From NCBI GenBank assembly GCA_964016885.1, contig OZ024740.1, positions 350,920,001 to 350,984,000 of the forward strand: a stretch of 64,000 nucleotides of DNA, given 5' to 3'. This DNA is from Eledone cirrhosa. Taxonomy: Eukaryota. The stretch's first letter is position 1. Every line of letters begins with the position of its first letter. Positions 52,900 to 64,000 of this stretch are shown here, one piece after another. A program made the translations under genes and the position numbers. Below the pieces are notes generated by a model. The model saw nothing but the letters and a program-made list of their open reading frames with translations. It did not search any database and was not told where the DNA came from.

Positions 52900-54000
52900 A
52901 AACTCAGTTACTGAACATTGTTTCAAGGATACGAATGAATAGTTCTTTCTCCATCTAGAAACGTTGCTACAATGTTACTAGAAGTTTGTAGGTAGACACT
53001 TATTTGTGCGAGCCTCAGTAAAGGATACTGTTTTTAATACTGTGATAGGCATGCTTCTGGTTATCTTTTAATTGAGTTTCATTTTCATTCACAATATTAT
53101 CCAAAGCTGGAATATCCTAGTTGATTTCCTAATGGATTTCTTGATCTAGCTACATTTCTTCATCTAGCCCTGGCATCCCATAAGTAGACCATGTGTTTAT
53201 TAAGAGCCTGAACATGGCAGGATAAACCACAGAAAATTGGTTGTAGATTGCGGGACAAAATTCAATATACATAATTTATTTATTTTATGACATTGCTTTT
53301 ATACTCATCATATAGTAGTGAGGATTGATCCATGGAAATAATAACAAATGGCTGGCTTCACTGGCGAGAGACTGTTACCAATGTACGCCGTTCTGTAGAA
53401 TTCCATGTAGACGGCGTATATTACCTCAATGACGTCGGTCCTTAAATAGTATGGAGAAATAACCACAGTTGAAATATTCTTTGTTTTTCGAAGGAACAGT
53501 ATAAATATTAGCCTTGATGTTTTCGTATATTTCAACTGGTTGATAATGATTCCGTCAATTCGATTTCTGTTGATTACTCTAGGTGAGTAGATTGGAGCAT
53601 CTCCATACAGGAGGGATCGAGCAATGTTGTTATCTGTGTAGACCTTGTTCAAATCAGTTATAATAGTCGTGAACGGTGCTTGTGCAATATCATTAGCTGC
53701 TTTCTTTATAAAATGCATTGTTTATTCATTCCTTGGATGGACCTCTAGAGAGTCTCATTAGTGGTGATGTACTTAGTATCATATGACTTAGTAACTTATA
53801 TGACTCCTTTGACAAAGCTGCAGTCCTAAACATTAATATGAGCCTTTAATAGTACAGAAATTTCCTGTGTGAGACCCCATCGATTTCCAAAGAAAGCACC
53901 CTTCCTCAAATATTTATGAAGGTTATCTTGCTTCAATCTTCTGGCGTACGGTGGTCTGAATTTCTCAATAAAAGTATTGTGATTTCGTTTGGTGCATTTT
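52900..54000 (-). pseudogene. Possible ancient Penelope-like RT remnant
   Basis: Weak motif order SYKLL..SPL, FIKK..TIITDLNKVYT and IGNSLSPV resembles PLE RT; heavily degraded. Confidence 0.3.
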
Positions 54001-54022
54001 CGATCTTATATGCTGTATGAGA

Positions 54023-54234
54023 TTGGACTGATGAATTGAAAGCTGATGGTTTTAAAGAACGTCAGTTTTATTAGGCAATCCAGCTGAAATGATATTGTCA
54101 ACATCATTTTGTCTTCCTTGGACTGATGAATCCACATACCTCACAGAACAATTGAAAGCTGATGGTTTTAAAGAACGTCAGTTTTATTAGGCAATCCAGC
54201 TGAAATGATATTGTCAACATCATTTTGTCTTCCT
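54023..54234. repeat. Tandem duplication of about 95 bp
   Basis: AATTGAAAGCTGATGGTTTTAAAGAACG..TTTGTCTTCCTT occurs twice; the second unit has an extra about 20 bp. Confidence 0.9.
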
Positions 54235-54829
54235 TTTTGTACCAGATCAGTTTGTTAGAGTGCTGAAGTCATCACTTCTCTCATTCAATGGTGATAATCC
54301 TGACACTAAGCACACCAAATATTATTCTATCTTTTAGAAACCTAGTGGGCTGTTTGCTTTTCATGTAAGACCTCAGTAATGAAGTTATGTTAACAGTTGA
54401 ATTGCTTATATCGTAAACTTCATAGGAAATTTCAATCGTTTGTAGGTACAAGAGAATACAATGATTAGTTCAGGTCAACGAAAAGTTCTGATTCTACAAA
54501 AACAGTGGTTTACAGTCTTGCCAATAGATACCGATTTAGTTATTCTATGACCCGGAAAACAACTAGCGAGTAGAATAGAAGGAACAGAGTTAAGTTCCGG
54601 ACAGAGTGATATGCTCATCCAATCTACAGTAGATTCCCGGCTATAGTCTATATTCGTAAATACATAGATATGGGAGTATGAATATATGGGAGTATGATTA
54701 TGGATATATATGTGTGTAAGTATGTATGCATGACCTTTAGTATAAATTGTTTATACAAGGATAGTTATTATATAAGGAACGTTGAACATTGATATTATGT
54801 TATGATTTAACACCCGCCGGGCATTGTAT

Positions 54830-55135
54830 CCTGATATCCAAATATAAAGCTCTAGAGATAGAAATAACTCTAATATGGAAAATGAAAACGGAAACAATAC
54901 CTATAATAATAGGCGCTCTAGGAATGATAAAAAACACACACACAAATATATACCCAAAACCCCAGGACTTACAAATATATACAGCATACAAAAGATCAAA
55001 AGACTACTAGGCACTGCACACATATTATGAAAAGTACTATCAATACAATAGAAACAACAGCAGCAAAAACTACACTGCCCATATCTAAGGCGCACAGAGC
55101 TGTGCTCGGTAAAGCAGTAATGATGCGTAATAAAA
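54830..55135 (+). mobile_element. R4-clade LINE 3' end fragment
   Basis: SKYKALEIEITLIWKMKTETIPIIIGALGMI..LLGTAHIL; ends in AATAATAAT. Confidence 0.8.
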
Positions 55136-55250
55136 ATAATAATGGAAATAATATATACATATATATGTGTGTGTGTGTATATATATATATATATGCAAAT
55201 TATAAACGTAAACATGTAAGTATGTTTTTGAAACGGTGCGCGAGCTTGAA

Positions 55251-55568
55251 ATTAGAAATTAGAAATTATAAGCTTTCACCGTATTTTTAGACTAAAGAAA
55301 TTTCTAGCCTGATAGTGGGGTTTATAACCCTCGGAGAAATGGAAAAAAGATGAGTGTTGCCGTACATGGGAGTCGAACCCACATCTTTGGTTATCCAGAC
55401 CACTGTGCTACCATTATACCAATACACATCCCATCTCCTTCCATTCGAATTAGAAGCTATGAACTTAGCAGTGAATGATAAACAAGCAGGGTTATAAACC
55501 CCACTATCAGGCTAGAAATTTTTTTAGTCTAAAAATACGGTGAAAGCTTATAATTTCTAATTTCTAAT
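55251..55568. mobile_element. Inverted-repeat cassette (about 80-bp arms) enclosing a tRNA-like gene
   Basis: 55251-55331 and 55488-55568 are reverse complements with one mismatch. Confidence 0.8.
55358..55428 (-). ncRNA. tRNA-like Pol III unit (pseudo-tRNA or SINE-like head)
   Basis: A-box-like TGGTATAATGG, anticodon arm TGGT-CTGGATA-ACCA, T-arm GTGGG-TTCGACT-CCCAT, imperfect acceptor stem, T6 tract 9 nt downstream. Confidence 0.65.
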
Positions 55569-55581
55569 ATATATATATATG

Positions 55582-55672
<91 letters not shown>

Positions 55673-55684
55673 ATATATATATAT

Positions 55685-58825
<3,141 letters not shown>

Positions 58826-61101
58826 GTGTGGTTAAAACTAATTCTCTTAATAGCACGTATATAGGCTCTACATCTAACACTTTTAAGACTAGGTTTAATT
58901 CTCATATCTCTAATTTTAAACATGTTAAGATTAAGAATTCTACTTCTTTAGCACACCATATCTGGGATCCTAATATACCATATAACCTTAGTTGGCGTAT
59001 AATAGCACGTTCTAATAACCCTTCAACACATACTAAATTTTGCAATCTCTGTATCCTTGAGACCCACTCTATAATTTTCTCTAGGGAAACCTTACTTAAT
59101 AGAAAGTCTGAGATATTCTCTTCTTGCCCCCACGCCATTTCAAATTCTTATTTTTATTATAAACCTAAAGGTTCTAGTAGTGTAAATTGTATCCATTAGC
59201 TGCTACATTCCCTTATCTTTTTAGTTAAGGTTTATTATGTTTACCACCATCATTATCATCATTTTTATCATTGGCTTTTGACAGCTTTTCATTATAGCTT
59301 TCATAATCTTTTGGCTACCACACCATTTCTATCTTCTTAAATATTATATTTTCCCTATTAACACCTTATGAGTTTATATCTGATTATATATTTTATTTTA
59401 TTTTATATTATTCTATTTTATTTTATTTGGATTTTTCTTTGGATAACCCCCACCCCCACCCCCACACACATACATACTTGTCACTCGCCCCTTCAAATAT
59501 ACTATAATTATATCCAATTCCCTTTTACACTCCTTTCTATTGTATAATACAGTATGTGGATTATGATTTTATGCTCTTTCATACCCTCCATACATTTCTT
59601 TTTTCTGTCCCCATTGGCCTACCATAACGCTATTTAAAGCCTGTTTATTAGATAACGTTATTCAACTGATAGTTGAATATTTCATTTTTTCCAGATATAT
59701 TTTTATAGTGATTTCTTTAAATTCGGGGATTTTGATTACTTAAACCATAGCTAATTTTGTATGGACTTATTATGTATTTTAAGTACTTTCAATATTAATT
59801 AATTTAATAGGATTCTCTAGTCATTTATCCGGGTTTGTTTCCTAAATATTTTACTTAACTGCATGCGACACATAAGTAAATACTTTTGTTTTTGTTTTTC
59901 GATTTCCGCTTGATTGTATTTATTTATATATACTACCGTGCGTAGTCTGTCTGTCTGGCTCATATTCACAAATGTCTCTCCACCAACCATGTAATTATGT
60001 ATATTATACTATGTTCAATATTTTATATTGAAATTTTATATCATTCCACTCTTTGTAAACGTACTACTGATCATTATGTTATGTTAAATTCTGTAAATCC
60101 TGTAATAGGTTAATATTTTTATAATTCTTGTAATGTTCGGATAATATTTATTTACACCAACTGTATAGAAATTTGATCTATTTTCTTGCAATGGTTTTGA
60201 TATTTTTCCAACATAATTTTTCCAATATAATTTAGTTCTGTACAATATTTTTTCTCTCACCCTGACTGTAACTCTATATGATTTGTTAAGTTATATGCCA
60301 TTATATTATAATATTGTGATTTTACTGTTATTGTAACATTTATATTGTTTGTGCAAATTAACCGAAGATTATCTATTATATAATTATATAGTTTATTATA
60401 TATTTTATGCTTACTTTTAATCATTTATTCTTCATTTTATACTGTAAATTTTATATGTATTATATTTTAATTTTATTTTCATTTGTATTTTTATTTTTAT
60501 TTTTATTATTCTTATTCTTATTTATATTTAAACTCTTAATAAGGGTTAGTTTGTGCTTCTATTGATGGAAATGTGTATTGATATATATGTATATATGTGT
60601 ACATATGTATATATATATATATATATGTATATTGGGCCTTTTAACATTATTATTATTATCATTAATAATTATATTATATTATATTATATTATATACAGTA
60701 CAATAATTCCCGCTCTATATCACCAACTCTGTTTTAGCTATAGTTTTTGCATTGGACCATATTTGTAATATAGTTCAAAATGTTAATTACTTCCTTAGCA
60801 ATTTTCACTTGATAATTTTTTACTTGATAATTTTTACCCGATTATTTTCTTATGATTTAATCTATGTACACTCCATATTCTTCTGAGTTTTCGGCTTGTA
60901 TTGGCTGATAGTACTTCTTATAGCTTTAATTGCTCTGATGAGTCCTTAATAGGACGAAACATTGTTGGCTAATAAAGACTTTTGATGTATTGAAGGCTTC
61001 TTTGGTTTATTTTCATAATTTTTCGGCTCTGTGTTTAATTTACTGTCATTTCTATAATACGAAGAGGGTGTTTAACTCCAACACACTCTAGTATTTCAAT
61101 T

Positions 61102-61104
<3 letters not shown>
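58826..61104 (+). mobile_element. Inverted second copy of the PLE 3' region
   Basis: 58826-61018 is the near-identical reverse complement of 55833-57952; ORF 58828-59199 encodes the YIG..CNLC endonuclease half; ends in (TA)n. Confidence 0.9.
60929..60972 (+). ncRNA. Hammerhead ribozyme motif
   Basis: CTGATGA (60935) GTCC ttaata GGAC GAAAC att GTT ggc, canonical core. Confidence 0.8.
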
Positions 61105-61144
<40 letters not shown>

Positions 61145-61204
61145 GGAAAAAATGAAACAAAATTTCATTTCCCACTCTTAGTACGGCTGTTACTTAAATA
61201 TGAG

Positions 61205-61466
61205 TATGTACACGTACATACACACATGTATACAGACGTACAGTAGTACGTATATATATATATATATACATACATGCACACATATATATATGTACGTATG
61301 GATTCACCGAACATTTATTACTACGGCTTAATACGGGATGTTTATTTGCAAACACACCTAGCATTATAATAAATGTTCGGTGAATCCATACGTACATATA
61401 TATGTGTGCATGTCTGTATATATATACATACTACTGTACGTCTGTATACCTGCGTGTATGTACGTG

Positions 61467-61472
<6 letters not shown>
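61205..61472. repeat. Fold-back/MITE-like inverted repeat
   Basis: Arms 61205-61320 and 61367-61472 share the unique segment GTACGTATGGATTCACCGAACATTTATTA; 46-bp spacer. Confidence 0.85.
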
Positions 61473-61548
<76 letters not shown>

Positions 61549-61577
61549 TACATATATACATATATATATGTATATAT

Positions 61578-62208
61578 ATATCACGATAAATTAACGAAGC
61601 CATAGGCCCTCGCCATTCCCTGTAAGTAATGTGCTCAAAGGAGAAGAGATCCTGAACTCTTTAAAATACAATATGTTGAAAAGGTAACACACCAGAGAGA
61701 GATATACAGTGCGCTATCAATAAAACAGGTCCGTTAATTTATCGTGATATTTCGCTCCTTATAACAGTCTTTCCTATCTCTCTGTTTGGTTGAGCACACT
61801 TCTCTGAGTGGTTTTGGACTGCCCTTTCTAGCAGTTCGTCCTTCAGAGGCCACTGGTTCACTGCCCTTAAACACGCTGTGACTTCTCTCTCCTAGGTGTA
61901 GCTGGACAGTCACTTTTAAAATTCTCTTTGTGTTGTCTGAAATGTATAGCCTTACACAGGCTGATGAACCGAGGTTATTCCATTTCTGTCAACAAATTAC
62001 TGTCGAAACATCTCTTTGGATTTGTACGTGTGTTATATAGTTATAGAGGTATTTATTGATGCTTTAATTTATATTTTTAATTATCGTGTCTATAGTCTGC
62101 CTTTCATATGTTATAGATTCCATACACTGGTGGGTTTTTTCCTGTTTTATTGATAGCGCACTGTATATCTCTCTCTGGTGTCTTACCTTTTCAACATATT
62201 GTATTTTA
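61578..62208. mobile_element. Element with interlocked inverted repeats in (TA)n, PLE-like
   Basis: IR1 61578-61596/61732-61750; IR2 61662-61729/62141-62208; degenerate CTGATGA..GAAAC at 61961-62009. Confidence 0.55.
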
Positions 62209-62210
62209 TG

Positions 62211-62325
<115 letters not shown>

Positions 62326-62346
62326 CGTGTGTGTCTGTGTGTGTGT

Positions 62347-62445
<99 letters not shown>

Positions 62446-62861
62446 AACGTGTATATGATAATGCATGTATGTAAATATGTATGATTGTAATCAAGATCAT
62501 TCAGTGAAATGTTCTCGAGCATGAGTGCCTATACAAAATGTGTACATATGCGCGAGCATACGAGTCCATACGTGTCAGTTTTGTGTGTTTGCGACAATAA
62601 GCGTATACATATATCTATATCAAACCATTATATATGGGCCCTATTGATATAACTCTTCACATTAAACAGATAATTATAACAGAGCTTGGTCTACTAAAAC
62701 ATATCAACTTTGTATTAATAATCTTGTTGCAATACTGACATTTTACCCATCATTTTTCGCCTGTATTGCGTTTTTATCTATATTATTATATCTTATTAAC
62801 CTTTTCATTACACACACCAGCATACACAATCATACACACACACAACAACTCACATAATCAT

Positions 62862-62896
<35 letters not shown>

Positions 62897-63009
62897 AGAG
62901 AACAAATATGCATTGACATACCCCCACTCACGTACATCTCGCACCTTTCTATTTCTCTTTATATACTCATATATATGTTATATATATATATATATATACA
63001 CACACATAT

Positions 63010-63093
<84 letters not shown>

Positions 63094-63354
63094 TATATAA
63101 TTTCTGTTCTTCTCCATCATTATGCTTTGTCATGTATACCAGTAATGCTACAACAAAAGCCACTACTAATACTAATACTACTACAATTATTAATATTTAT
63201 TAATGTTATCAGATATCGAATTTCTCAGTCATTCCGTTTGATCTAGGTCGCAATTAGGCAAAAACATAATATAGACTTTTCTGTTTCATATCCTTGCATG
63301 CTTACATACTGAGAGTGAAACACATACACACGCACGCACGCGCGCATACACACT

Positions 63355-63437
<83 letters not shown>

Positions 63438-63881
63438 ATTTGGGGAAGGAGAAAGGAGAGACAGTGGGAAAAGAGGAGAGCAGTAAGCACACAGGAATGC
63501 TCAAACGTATATATCCACGGTTGCTCACATAAATATAGACCCATTGTAAAACACAAACATACAAATGGAAGCATAGCTATATATACATCCGTACATTTTC
63601 TCCCTATACAGCACACGTATATATTCTCATATATTTTAACACGTACATGCTAAAACACACATCTACATGACACGTCTAGATTCAATGGCTGATACCGATA
63701 TACAAACAGAAACCCTGTCACCATTTCATAATCTTACATTCATGCACATATACAACTACATGCACACACAAACATGGATGCAGGAATGCACATGCATATT
63801 TACATAGTCATATGCACATACGTGCGGAGATGCATATACACAGTGATTCTCTTAAAACTTCATAAACATACGCGCAGACAT

Positions 63882-64000
63882 CACTGTTTGGTTAAGGAGT
63901 TTGCCTCGTAACCATATGGTTTCGGGTTCAGTCCTACGGCGTAACAACTTGGACAAATGAGACTCGAGGTGACTAATGTCATTTGAGAAAACCTTGGTAG
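63882..64000 (+). mobile_element. Family B SINE, cut by window edge
   Basis: TGGTTAAGGAGTTTGCC..AACCATATGGTTTCGGGTTCAGTCC, homologous to 18805-19065. Confidence 0.65.

Noticed and set aside
55358-55428. Functional tRNA-Ser(GGA)
   Set aside because: Acceptor stem mismatched, no long variable arm, and a GGA anticodon is atypical for eukaryotes; kept only as tRNA-like.

Overview
Eukaryotic, AT-rich, repeat-saturated DNA, probably intronic or intergenic. The two abundant tRNA-derived SINE families and the microsatellite density resemble Octopus/cephalopod genomes (inferred from recalled SINE consensus, not a database hit). There are no prokaryotic operons, CRISPR arrays or rRNA genes, and no clearly intact host gene. 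The window holds two tandem Tx1-clade LINEs (one nearly intact), several R4/Dong-clade RLE LINE fragments, RTE, CRE, Hero and CR1/Jockey-like fragments, bipartite non-autonomous RTE elements, two hAT transposons (Buster/Charlie and Tip100-like), a mariner end, two non-autonomous Helitron-like elements, and Penelope-like elements (PLEs) with hammerhead ribozyme motifs, including a ~2.1 kb-arm inverted pair. Highlights: (1) retroelement families partition among specific microsatellites ((TAA)n, (TACA)n, (TA)n) and chain up within them; (2) an ~80-bp inverted-repeat cassette encloses a tRNA-like Pol III unit with a T6 terminator; (3) a U3-A8 variant hammerhead sits in a short dispersed element; (4) the main SINE shares its 3' tail with the Tx1 LINE; (5) a speculative phase-compatible chain of tiny host exons. 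Most ORF-track entries are microsatellite or antisense artefacts. Boundaries were read by eye and are approximate.
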